A program made the position numbers and the translations under genes. This document shows, piece after piece, positions 13,201 to 25,600 of a DNA stretch of 64,000 nt. The notes under the pieces are model-generated. The model was not told the DNA's origin. It was given only the letters and a program-made list of their open reading frames with translations, and did no database searches. Within the stretch, counting starts at the first letter, position 1; every line of letters begins with the position of its first letter. Source of the stretch: Fimbriosthenelais zetlandica (taxonomy: Eukaryota); the NCBI GenBank assembly GCA_977030845.1, contig OZ365118.1, positions 3,038,001 to 3,102,000 on the forward strand, written 5' to 3'.

Positions 13201-14419
13201 CCGCTACACCCCACCACTCGCCCTATGTACTGCATCATGCCGTGGCAGGGATTGAATGTTGGGTCGCCGTGGTGAAGTCCCACTGACCCTAACCTTCTCC
13301 GGTGGCTCGGGTCTATACCTCTCCTGGGTGGCTCAAGCTGTCGATGGCATCTGGTCAGTCTGTCAGGTCAGCAACAGGCAGGAGTCCGGCCACGGTCCGA
13401 GTTATAATGAGTGAATCTTAACCTCCACAACATTCCCGACCTGCACCAGACCTTTATGCCTGGACCTTGCCACTATTTAAATTGCCACCCCAGCCCTATA
13501 ATACCCATGGAAGGCACGCTCCCATTGAAAAATTGACCGGCTAAATCTACGGTCCCAAATTAGATCAGTGGTTAAGGCGGGGTCGGATATCCAGCCTCGA
13601 TCCCGCTGACCTAAGGGCTTTCCTCGCAGACCAGGCAGGGATCAGGTCCCCTGCTTTAATTGGATAACCAGGGTTTGTGGCCATGTTTCTGACTGAGAGG
13701 CAGGACTGATATTGTAGCCAGGCAAATGAAGGAGTGGTTCCCCAATCACACACTGACTACTATTGTAGATATGTCAATGGTGTGGTAATGGTGGGTGGAG
13801 GTGGGCTATGTATCTACCTCATGGTCAGGGCACACACATAGTAAGCCAAGCACGTCTCCAGGCTTACAATCAGCCTGTGCTCTCCCCTCCCGGGAACCAA
13901 GATTTATTTTGAAAGCATACTTTAATTGTAGTGATGGGTTAAGAGACTTGTCCTCCCCCGGACTCGAGTCTATACTTTCTACAAAGAGAACGTGACGCTT
14001 TATTTTACTGTACATAATTTGGTTAGGAGTCGCGTAGTGGGGATCTGATTTAAGGCCCGCTTCCACTGATCACCATCTTTCTGATAAAATCTACCAGTGA
14101 ATCTCTCCTTTAGTGTTTATTCAGCTAGTCCATTCTCGGTTCATTTTCTATTCTCACTGCCATAATATTCCATCTAATCCACATAGTTCACAGAACCTCT
14201 CCCATCACGGGTGTAGATTTAATTAGCTCCCTTAAGATGCCATTGGGTTATAAAGTTACGTTTCATCATAATCCTGGTATGAACTTTAATACTGAGACAG
14301 GCTAATGGGGGTGTAAAGAGGGGATGAGCTGCACCCGAGTCACACCGCCACTCTAATCCACAGTACCTACTAATCAGGCCTTTGTCATTAAAGAGCATTA
14401 TCAGAACTTGGCTTCAAAA

Positions 14420-14780
14420 GATCCATTATATACTAAAAAAGGGCTACAATGTTGTTAGGTCCTTATTATTTATGAAAATGTTTAATAAGGTGCTTTGAAT
14501 TGCTACAAGATCGTTATATATAACGAAATGCCGACAGTAGGAATTCCCAGGGGATGTGCTCCAATAGTTCTAGGTCCATATTATATAACAAAAAGGCTGA
14601 AAGGTGCGATTCCCAAGGGCTGGGACTTCTACAATGTTGTTGGATCATATTATGCAACAAAAAAAGAAACAAGTTGTGATTCCTGAGGGCTGGACTCACT
14701 ACAGTGTTGTTAGATCATATTATAGGCCTACATCAAAAAAAAGGAAGAAAGTTGCTATTCCAACTTGCTACAATGTCAGA
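14420..14780 (+). repeat. Degenerate ~56-70-bp tandem repeat (about 5 units)
   Basis: Units begin ctacaatgttgttaggtccttattat (14444), ctacaagatc (14503), ctccaatagttctaggtccatattat (14559), ctacaatgttgttggatcatattat (14629), ctacagtgttgttagatcatattat (14699), ctacaatgtc (14768). Confidence 0.8.
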
Positions 14781-15582
14781 TGGACTGGTGCTGCATTTTA
14801 GACCAGGAAAAGCTTGATACACCGAGACACGACTGTCTGGTCCCACAAATCAAGAGATTTAGCCGTGAATAGATGATAATATGTAGTCGACTGTGTAGGT
14901 ACAATCTATTAACCCTAAGCCTGGGCTTGTATGGTGTGTGGTCGGAGGCAGAGAGGTATACATCTACAGCTAAATACAGAACAATTCAGTAAATATCACC
15001 ATATACTACTCCCTCCCAAGGCCGACCTCGACCAGACACCATTTATCTCTGTCTCTATACTCTGATCGTTTCTATTTGCCAGGGTGTTTAACTTGGCCTG
15101 GTCAGGATCCAAATAGAGCAGTAAAAAACTTAAAACAAGCCATAAAATACACTACACCGGCCTCGCCGCTTCTTATTGGAGGCTAGTGAGAAAAAGATAG
15201 GAGGGCAATTCGCCCCCGCAGTTTTTCATTCCTATACGTTGGTCGACCTTTGTCTTCAACAGTAGACTTTTAACGTATAGTCTGCTGGAAAATGTTAAAG
15301 TAACGCATTGATATTATGCATATCTAAGGTCATTTGTGCTAGAGAGGATAACTCTTTTTTGAAGGGATTATTTAGGTTTAGGGTAAGGTCTATATGGTAT
15401 TACTCAGTTCAGTTCCTCCTGAAGTCATTGTATGGGTTTAGCCTACCACCCCCCCCCCTATTCAGCCCTATCACCCCTCACCACAGCCATGTCTGTGAGT
15501 GAGAGGGAGAAGATCTAATATGTCATGTAGGTAGACAGGCGTGATCAGTACAAGATAGCAATCAGTCCTCCCTACATAACAG

Positions 15583-15637
15583 AACCCCAGATTGAACCCT
15601 CAACCTAAACCAAACCCCAGATCCAACCCTCAACCTA
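15583..15637 (+). repeat. 30-bp-period tandem duplication
   Basis: aaccccagattgaaccctcaaccta / aaccccagatccaaccctcaaccta. Confidence 0.85.
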
Positions 15638-18600
15638 GCCCGACATATCACTGAATTCACACTATATATATATAACTTATACTTATTAGGAGCAGGCCCT
15701 TGAAAACTCTGAAATTTTAATGCATTAGCCTAAAAGGGCTTCTATTTCATTCTCAGAGCAAAAAGCAAATGAGGTTTGTTAAAATCTAAGAATATCAAAG
15801 GTCGGAAGGACTACCCACAATGTCCAGACTCAGGTCTATGACTGAATTTGAATTATAATACTGAGTGGGAGTTGGCCTGACATTCCAGTGTTTTGGCTGA
15901 AAAGGTCTGTAGTTGGAAGTAAATGATGAGGTTCCTTGAAAGCTGTGAGAATGTTCGAGCTTGGCAGGTCTACCTCTTATGTTATCCTGTCTGTCTATAT
16001 CTACCTGTCTCTCTCTCCATCCCACCTCTCACTCCACCTCCCCTGGGACCCTCACCTATACTGATGGCTTATCTTTTCTTCATGGACTTGTCAAAGAAGC
16101 TCTGAGCTCACTGGATTTACCCCCAAATATCTGGGTTTAATGGGATTCTGATACGGCCTTCTTCACTGCCTACAGTGGATCAGCTTTCACAGACAATATT
16201 CACTTTACACAGTCATATATAGCTTCTGTTTCGCATTGTTTCAATGTGAGATTCATAGAGATGAAAGAATCCCTGGGTGCTTGCCTATCTTTCAAAACCA
16301 TGCGGCGTTTTCAGTTGAATACTCTTCTGACAAATTGGTTTTCTGTTGAAAGGTGCTCAACTCATTGGTGGGCTTTGTAGTGTAGGATTGTTTAATCCAT
16401 ATGAACCTGGGTGGGCCATGTATAGGCTCGACTACCAGCTAGCTTCTCCCGAGTCCCAGGATATCAGGAATGTTCCCAGACCCCCTCCCCTCAGTCACCC
16501 ACTCACTCTCCACTCACTCGCTCACTCACACAAGTCTGAAGATTGAATGGTTGCCTGTGAGTGTGTGAGTGAGTGAACCTGAGGTCGAACCTGCTGCCTC
16601 CAGCATGATCAAAAAGGAACTACATCAAGGTGCTCCATACGTCCTACACAAAAGCCCTGATTCCACGACTACTCGTGTAGCCGGGGACGCCATGAAGAGA
16701 CTGGTAATGCATTCATATTAGCGATGGCTGGAATCTAAATTACTTCACTCTCCCCAATACTCCCCCCTGCCAACAGGTTGTGGCGGTGAATATCAGACCA
16801 GTCCATGCCCTCTCTATGTCTGGGTGCTGCGCCTCATTCACAATATCTGCCCTTAGAAGTTTGGGAAGCTTATCTCCACACAGTTACATTTATAGATTGA
16901 CTGACAATCTATTTTCTAAAGTAGTAAAACTTTTAGTTTCCCACCGATCCATTTGTAGAAATTGTTTAATTTATAAGAATGTAATGGATTAGCTGTCAGG
17001 AACATCTCTGCTCTTCCATATGGCAGCGTCAGTGTTTTCACCTAACACTGTTTCACACATTCGTCCATTCGTCCCTGGATTCAATCATTTTTCTCTCTTT
17101 AATCTTTTCATTTGAATGCGGGTAGTTTACGATGTTGGTTTCCAACACAAAAGTCTAATTTATAAGATGTAACTAGAATCGATATCGCCTCTAGGATCAA
17201 AGGTAGAGCCGGGAGAAGGATTTTAGGGGAGGCAATCTCTCTGCCCAGCGAGTCTTTGGAATTGTGTGACTTTCTAATTAGAATCAGAGATTATGTTTAT
17301 TTTGGTGTGAACCTAGTTGTATATACTGATTAGACTAATGGACGCTGCTGTAAATATCAAAAGCAGAAGTCAATTTGTGAAATAGTGGCTGGTAATAAAG
17401 TATGCAAATGTATTCTAAAGTCACCGAGTGCAGTTGGCTCCTCTTAAATGCTCCCCTAGATGTTACAGTGAACATAAGTGGGTAGTCTTATAGTAGGGAA
17501 AGTAACTTCTGTCAGTGACGCATTGGACAACAAACATTTTTGTTATCCACCATTGAAAAGTTTGTATTTTAACAACTCAGTCTCCAGATGTCACTTGAAT
17601 CTTTTGTAAAGAAATTGTTGGATTTTGTCGGTGAAAGTAGTTGAAAAGTGTGGGCGGATTCAGGTGTAAGTCGCCCACACCTCGGCTGTCGCCTCAGGGA
17701 GGGTGTAGGGTGGAAGGGTGGGAGGGTGTAGGGTGCACTAACTACCACGATCAATGTGCCTCTAACTCTCCACACCCGTCACTCACTAATGGATTTGATT
17801 GTAAAATTACCACCTGAAAAGAGGCGGTCAATGGTGGAGCCCCAGGTAGCCATACCCCCGTATACTTGAATAGGAAACCAGAGAAAGGGGTGAATAGGTA
17901 GGGGGCTGGGAGAAGGGGTGGTCCGGGTAATACAATCTTACACCCCCAGGTTATACCCCAGTGGTTAAATAGGATTCTCATAGATAAATACTCATATCAC
18001 TGCGCATCAGTCACTGCTAGAAAAGCCATGCAGATGGACCCTAAACGACTGAACTGTAACATCTGTCCATCCCTATTACCACCACCCACCGTCACTACCC
18101 TCACCCTAATGACACCTTCCCCCAGGCTTCAATTCACGGCTTGTAAATCGCTGATGAATTGGACTCTGATTTTCTCTAGCGGACCCCACAAAAAAGGCAA
18201 TCACGCCATTGTTTGTCTTGATGCCTGCTAGGAGTGGGAGCGGGGAATTATAATAGTGGATTAGTAATGCATACTGTCAGCCATGTCACTGATCTGTCCC
18301 CCTCACAGCAGGAAACTCTTTATTATTGTATTACATTAAAATGATCCACCCACTCTGGTTTCTGGTTCCCATCTTTCTGAACTCCATACAGTCACCTTGG
18401 GAAATGAAATTTCGAGGAGAATGCTTGTAAATGGCAGTATTATCAGATTGAACTGTGGATGACTTTAGGGATGCTCATCACAGCCCTGGGCCGTCATAAA
18501 ACACCTGTCATGTCTCATTGATTTAAGGAGGTTTGCCAGCATTGCTGGTAAAACCCTCTGATTACCATGCTTCCATCCCCGTGTTTACCTCTGGTTTTTT

Positions 18601-21539
18601 CTCTGACTTTTTCATCCGGGGAGACACACCGAGCATATTGACAGTCCCCTCGTCCTCCTCCTGATTCAATGGCAATGAATAAAAAAAAACTGATCTTGTT
18701 ATTGCACTGATACATTCACTATTTGAAAACATTCAACTCCAGATTTAAAAGTTCCTATTATGACACAATCATGACCATTACGTGTTATAGTTATTTTTAT
18801 TATAACACTTTATCTCCCTGACATGTGAATGATTGTAAAATGGTGTTTTTCAATGGGGAGATAGTGGAACTGACACAGTCGGCACATCTTGAGGCAGTTA
18901 CGAATAGAACAGCTGCCGAATGGAAAGGTTTGTCTTCAAAATTCAATCAAGGCGAAGAGGAGAGGGCCAGTGTGTTGCAAGCTGCCCCGGGAGGCTGGAA
19001 TCTAAGTACAATTGGCCCTCAATGAATATTCCTAGAGGGCCACGCTGGGAGAAGACCTCTCTACTGGCCCCGTGTTACCCTGGGATTGGCTGAGGGGAGG
19101 GGATGGAATGGAATAAGAATCAAGTTGAAAACCAGGGATTTGGCTTCAGCTGAATACTGTGTAATATAGAGATATAGAGAGTTGAATATATGGACACAAA
19201 TAGTTGACTTGTTTACCTTTAAAGGAAAACTATTTAAATTTGCATCAAGATTGAATTGCATTTTCTATAAAATGTAGTTAATTTTCTGAATGAAAGGCTA
19301 GTATGACTTCTACTCCGCCTTTCTTTGCAGAATTGGTCCTAATGGTCACTGTAGTGGTAAATAACCACTTCATTGAAGATTAGATTTATTACCTATAGGT
19401 GGTGGGTTATAGAATAACGTCCACTCTCTTAAGGGGAAATGTGTGATTGGTCTAATTCCCACCCAAATTACCAGTCTACCATTCTGGTCTCTTGAAGGCT
19501 GGGTGGCGGGCGACACTGCCATCTGAATATATATATACACCTTCACAAATTGATTCAATTTCTTGTTGGCAAACGTAAAAAGGAGTGAGGCCAATAGGCT
19601 GGAAAACCTTCCTCTGTTGGAACCTCTGAAGGTGTAAGGCAAAGGGAGAGTGGAAATGAGGGGAAGAGGGGAGAGAGAATGATGTCAGGAGTTGTGTGTG
19701 GAGGTACTTGTTTGGGTCATCGGTCCGTGTATTGCTGGCTCGGGCTTGATTGTCTTGGAACCGTTCCCTTGTGGTCCGAGCTGAATCCTCCAACCACCAG
19801 GTCATTTATAAAGGCGAGGAGCAGTTCTAGGAGCAACTCACCCCCCCCCCCCCCCCCACACACACACACAGCACTGTCATAACCACCAGCTCACTGGAGG
19901 AAACTGAAAGAAGAGAGGAAGAGAATGTGATTGGTTAAGATTGTCACGTGGCCAGGTGGTGGGTGATTTATAGTGTAGTTCGCCCGCACGCCGCTTGGTG
20001 GCCTGGTGGTTGAACCTACCGGCCAATCCAAGATTCATTACTTAGATTGTAGCCTCAGGGTAAAAGCCAACCCCACTTCCATGTCCAAACTAGATTAAAC
20101 AGCCCCCAATATTATCAATCTAGTCTCAGATACAAACACAAAGCTGGTATACATAGCTTGTGTATAAGACAGCCCTTCCATCTCCATGTAAGACTGGGTC
20201 TAATTGCCTGCGAGTTCCCTCTGTATACAACATTCTTTATGTCTGCTGTTTTTCTGCCATAATCATTGATCTAGCCAGACTGTATGGGGCTCGCGATGGG
20301 TCGCCGCTACATATTTACCTTGAAAGGTCGTTCACCCCTGACTCAATGTCGTCCAAGTGGACAGTGTTTGGTCCATGTGTCTAGCAGGCATGCGGGCAGT
20401 TTGTCCATCCTATAATGCCATTGCTCCAGGAGAGACATTGAATGGGGGTGCTGTAAATGGCCTGCTCAGATGGCCATGATAATTGCAAGTAAATAAGTTA
20501 TTTGGAGGGGTGAATCTGTGGCTTAATGCGCAGGCGCTAGCCTCCATTACCAGGCTCAGCGGGATGTCTTCCCAAGACATTTCCGGTCCAATTATCGCAG
20601 ATTCCAACCTGCTTATATTCTTAAAGATTGAGACCAAAAGATTCCAGCGAACAAATCCTATTGAAAGATGAAAGCCCAAAAAGGCATTTTTCATTTTCAA
20701 ACAAATGGATGAGACCTCAAACCCATGCAGTTTGACCTGTCAAGTGGCCATTGTAGGTGTTCCTGTGTTCCACTTGTTTTCTCATTCCCTTTTACCAAAT
20801 AATCTTTTACCCTTCGCCCTCAATCCATTCCTCCCCACCCTTCATCTTCACTCCCAACTCCCGACCTGACCTGACCGTCCTTGACATCCGAAAAAAAACC
20901 ATCAGCTGGCTCGGCAGCTGTAAAGGGTGGAGATGGAGGATAGGAATGGGCATGAGGGCCGCACAGGATGTGTGTGGACCATTGGGGTGTTGTTCCCACT
21001 CCTGAATCACCTAATTATATATGATGGATGGCTGCCTGGCTCACGACGATGGCCGCTTTGTTCAGAGACAGGTGCTGGATCCTCGTCTCAGATATTCCAG
21101 GTATATGCACTCCCCTCATACGGTCTTATACCTTCTTCATTCATTTCAAATAGAAACGAGTGATCAATAGTGTTTTTCATGGATATTTTATTTTATGTTG
21201 ATGAAACGTGTCAAAAATTATAACTAGTAGAATTGTCTGGAATTGCCATTGCAAAAGATACTCAATATTAGCAGAGTTGTATCGGTATAAATGCACCATT
21301 TCCAAAGGCCATGGTAGGTTAAAATCAGTGGATTTTTTAAAACGAGAAAGCTATCCCTTAAAGTGAAGTAAATGTGTGTGTGATTAGAGTTCAGCACATG
21401 CTACCATCACTGCCCCAGACTTGACATAGGTGCTCACCCCCAGTTTGTCGAGGTGGCGAATATATCCCTTAAGATCCTGCCTTAAAGTATCAACGATTTC
21501 TTATGCATATCAATGAGTACAGAGCATGACCTGGACTGT

Positions 21540-21686
21540 CTCAGGCCTGACTCGCCCGCCTATCTCAGGCCTGACTCGCCCGCCTATCTCAGGCCTGACT
21601 CGCCCGCCTATCTCAGGCCTGACTCGCCCGCCTATCTCAGGCCTGACTCGCCCGCCTATCTCAGGCCTGCCTCGCCCGCCTATCTC
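21540..21686 (+). repeat. 24-bp minisatellite, 6 near-perfect copies
   Basis: (ctcaggcctgactcgcccgcctat)x6 with one substitution in the last copy. It produces the repetitive ORFs YLRPDSPA / ISGLTRPP. Confidence 0.98.
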
Positions 21687-22481
21687 CTACCAGATATGCT
21701 CCACCTTTATTTATGTTCATCCCCACCAGTAATCGATACCATCCATCGCCTCCTTCTCTCCTTTTGTTCTCAAACTTCCGGGGTGAACTTCTCAAGGAGC
21801 AATCAATTATTTGAATTTCCTTTCTTCAGCTACTCTCCAAGACAAATTATTGGGAAGTATTTTCAAATGTGAATATTCAATATTTCAAATTCCCCGAGTG
21901 AATCGGAGTCGACCTCATTGAGGTTTTTATAAGCGGTGAATTGGGCGACTAAATGCCTATTTGATATTTGAAATTCGGTAGTAATGCATTGGATCTAAGA
22001 AAATGTTCACCGTCTTAGAGTGGGCTGGATTTTTGTTAGTGTTGGCCTTTGCTTGGGAATTCCCTCGTTCCCTTTTCCAAATCTTCCAGTCAACAGTAGG
22101 CAGGCCATGTCCTGATGTTGGGAGTTGAAAACAATGAGGCAATTATCTCTACAAAGGCCTACTCCCAGCTGTATATATACTTACCAGGCCGGGCGAGTAG
22201 CTCCCCCTAACTCAGCCAATCCCTCCATACAACCGTGATGCTCATTCTCGTATCCTTTTATCATTGTCACTCGGCTATTAATATCTAGAAGAGAGAGGCA
22301 ATGAGCATCATAATTATTGACACCTTACACTAGAAGATGATTCACTTTGAGTGCTTGAGCCTTTTTCTAAAAAGAAACAGCATTGATAAGATTTATTCTA
22401 GTGTTAGCTGGTAAGACAGATGGGGAGTGTATATGATGGAGAATTAATGGCAATGTAATTTGTTGATTAGCTCTGGCACCA

Positions 22482-22482
22482 C

Positions 22483-22513
<31 letters not shown>

Positions 22514-22678
22514 CCAAGCCTAAGAATGACTGGATCAGGGAGTCCCACCTAGAGATCGTAACTGACTGTGATTTAGCTAAAGATAAAGTGACAGACTGAG
22601 GAAGGTCCTTTATGAAAGGGTAAACACCCCCGACCCCCCCCCCCCCCCCACCCACCCACCCACCCACCCACCCACCCA
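22482..22678 (+). repeat. Compound low-complexity tracts: C18+(CA)n at 22482-22512 and C16+(ACCC)n at 22634-22678
   Basis: Directly visible. Confidence 0.95.
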
Positions 22679-25600
22679 CTCTGCACCTAACTAGATTATA
22701 CCGGTACAAGTGGCCTCCTTCTTGTCATAGAATATCAACTTAAGGTGTGGGTGGAGTAAGAGAGGGGTCTGGATTAACATCCATGTCAGACTGACCTGCT
22801 CACCCACCTACCTACGAGCAGCTCTCTTCTACTCATCTCCCCAGTCTCCGCTAAGATTACAAGAATGAGCAACTAGATCCTCCCTGATAAGAAACCAAGA
22901 CTCCTGAGAAGCCATTAAATAACCCAGATTCCTTTCAACTTTATCTCCTCATAATATTTGATAATGGTGAATTTTTAGTTTCAGACTTCAGGTTGGCCGG
23001 GTTTAGTGTAGTGATCGGTCACTGGCGACAGAATTTGTCACATGGCGAAGAAAATTGGCGAACATCTTATGCCTGTGGCAATGAAACCCGGCTCTGAACC
23101 CCAATTAGATATACTACTTACTAAAAATTAAAAACCGAAATATAGATATTTGACTAAAAGTCTTCCTGAGCTAGCTGTATCCCTGGCGGTGTTTGGGTGA
23201 GTTCACACCCCACCCCCCCCCCCCCCCGTCTTGTATTGGTCACTTGTATAGTGTAGACACGGTCTTTATTTGAGTACACACCCCCTACTCCCTCTAGTAT
23301 TCGTCTCAGTCTCGGGGGCTGACCATGATGTCCAATACTCGGGGAGTGAGCCAGCTGGGACCTGTCTAACTGACCACTACAGGCCTCAGGTGCCACCTTG
23401 ATTACATGGCCCAGGCTGAACTCTGCTCCTCCTCATTTGACCACTCCGATGTATGTGTAGTAGGTCCTGAGGATGACCATCCCCTCTACATCCCCAATCC
23501 CAGCCCTCCACTCCACGACATCCACCCTGTCCCCCTGTCACCCTCATCCCACAGTCCCACCAAAAAGCTTTTCCTTGTTGCCTTTCTCTGACCTGATTAT
23601 ACGATTCCCAGGAAGAAAGGTATCTTAGTTAGGCTCTCTGTAGAAGTTGGCCTTTTTTACTTGATATCGGGAGAGTGGGCCCTAAAGCTTTAGCCCACAG
23701 TGCACTTAGAATTGGTCTTTGACTAAGGGGAGTAGTTTTGTTGGGTGCTGTACTGAGGGGTAGAGATAAACCAATGAGACTACTGGATCAAAAGGGAAAT
23801 CCCGGACATGCGAGGCGTGATAATAAGTTTTATTTACACTGAGTGTCGGATCAGGGCCCTATCTCGGCTCCTGCTGAAGGAAAGTCCTTTTAATTCTTGG
23901 TCACTTCTTAAGTTGTGAAAATCCAAACTCTAAATTTCCTCCAGACGCCAATTCATGACTTTTTCTTGGCATCTTTTTTAAGAGCGTCTGTCGCTAACCT
24001 CGCTTCTTGGCATGAACTTTCATTAAATGGTTTGGCAGCTCGTAGTTTTCATTTCCATTAGGACTTCTTGTAGTAAATTTTCTTATCAGTTCCTCCTTTG
24101 CTTTGCTACTGTAGAAATGTAAACATCTTCAACTGAAATCAAATTCGACCTCGGTTTTGCATCACACCACAATTGACATACACTTAAACTTAACTAATAA
24201 ATTAACCAAAAACAATGTGTGTTGGCTCCAATGCATGCTTGTAGTTTCCACCTTTCAATGAGTGTCTTTCAACCATGCACGGTAGAGGTATATAGTAGAC
24301 GTAGTTCCTGCTTGCTTGGATGTAGTCGCGCCTTTTGTTCGTAGTTTAATGTGAATGGGCATCGTAGATCGGATCACTATATAACCAAGGTGTGTATTAC
24401 TTAACCCTTCTTTAGTATTAACATGTTCTGTTGCTTTTATTTAAGTTTTGTTTATTTAAGATTTGTTTTATTTGAGTTATGTTTGTTTGATTTATTTGAA
24501 ACTGTGATTTTGAATATGTTGATCCTAGATGAGACCCTTTCCTTTCTATAACTAGCAGCCTTGTAGACGTAGAGATGGGTGAAGTAGGAATTAAGCCATT
24601 CTCTGCTGTTATCTGTGTGCAACTTTAGTGTTTTAAAGCCTCACAGGAACTTGAATCAGGCTGAACGAGAGGAAAGAGAAAAATCAGCAAAACACTTGAT
24701 ATTGATGTTGCCGTGCCTATTTTCACGCCCGCCAATAATCCCCGGTATTATTGGCATTCAGCCAATTGATGCTGCTAATGAAATGCTCCCAATGCGATTG
24801 TCCCGTGTAATCAGGCAGAATTCTGCGCCTTAAATTCAAAAATTGTTTGCCGGAGTTTGGATTTTTAGATGTGATTAATGGGGGTTGTGTGAAGTGTAGA
24901 AAGGTGGGGGGGAGGAGGGGGCTGGGAGACGGAGGGATCGGGGGGGGGGGTATTCCTTGGCTGCTTCTCTCCCTCTCTTTATCCCAGTGTAAACTGGAGA
25001 CTAATAAGAGGAAAGGGAGGGAGGAGGAGGAGGGAGATAAAAATAGAGAATACACCCCGATCAGAGAGCGTGGCTTATGTAATGTGTGGTGAGGACGGGA
25101 GGAGGCAGGGATTAATTATTAGTGAGTGAGATAAGTGGAGGATCGTCACCTCTAGATGTGTATATTAATGATGACAGACGGATTCATTATCACATTATAA
25201 CACTGTATCTCAGTCTAACATGGCGAAGAGTGGAACTCTACTTCACACTCCTTCCTCATGCTCCTTCACCTCATAGTGGCATACCCTCACCTACTCCCAT
25301 AGACAAATTTATAATCTATCCGATGATTTCCGTAATTTGTCTCCGAGAGGGAGAAATGTACACACAATGGGTCTTGCTGCCATGTGAAATGAGTTCTTGT
25401 CTGAATGTGTTAGGAACATGTCCCCACAGGCAGATACCATGACTAGGCCAGGATTGAGAACCTTGCTTATATAGGAACCTTTGCTATCTTATAGCAAGTT
25501 ATCCTAATGCTATGAGAACATTGCTGCACTACTATCGTGGTAGATCGGGGCCTCACTTATCTCTGAGATATGAAGGTTTCAGGAAGTCTGCAGAACCTAC

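Noticed and set aside
21513-21872. 119-aa ORF with YLRPDSPA repeats
   Set aside because: It arises from the 24-bp minisatellite. An overlapping frame is equally open and there is no splice-phase fit.
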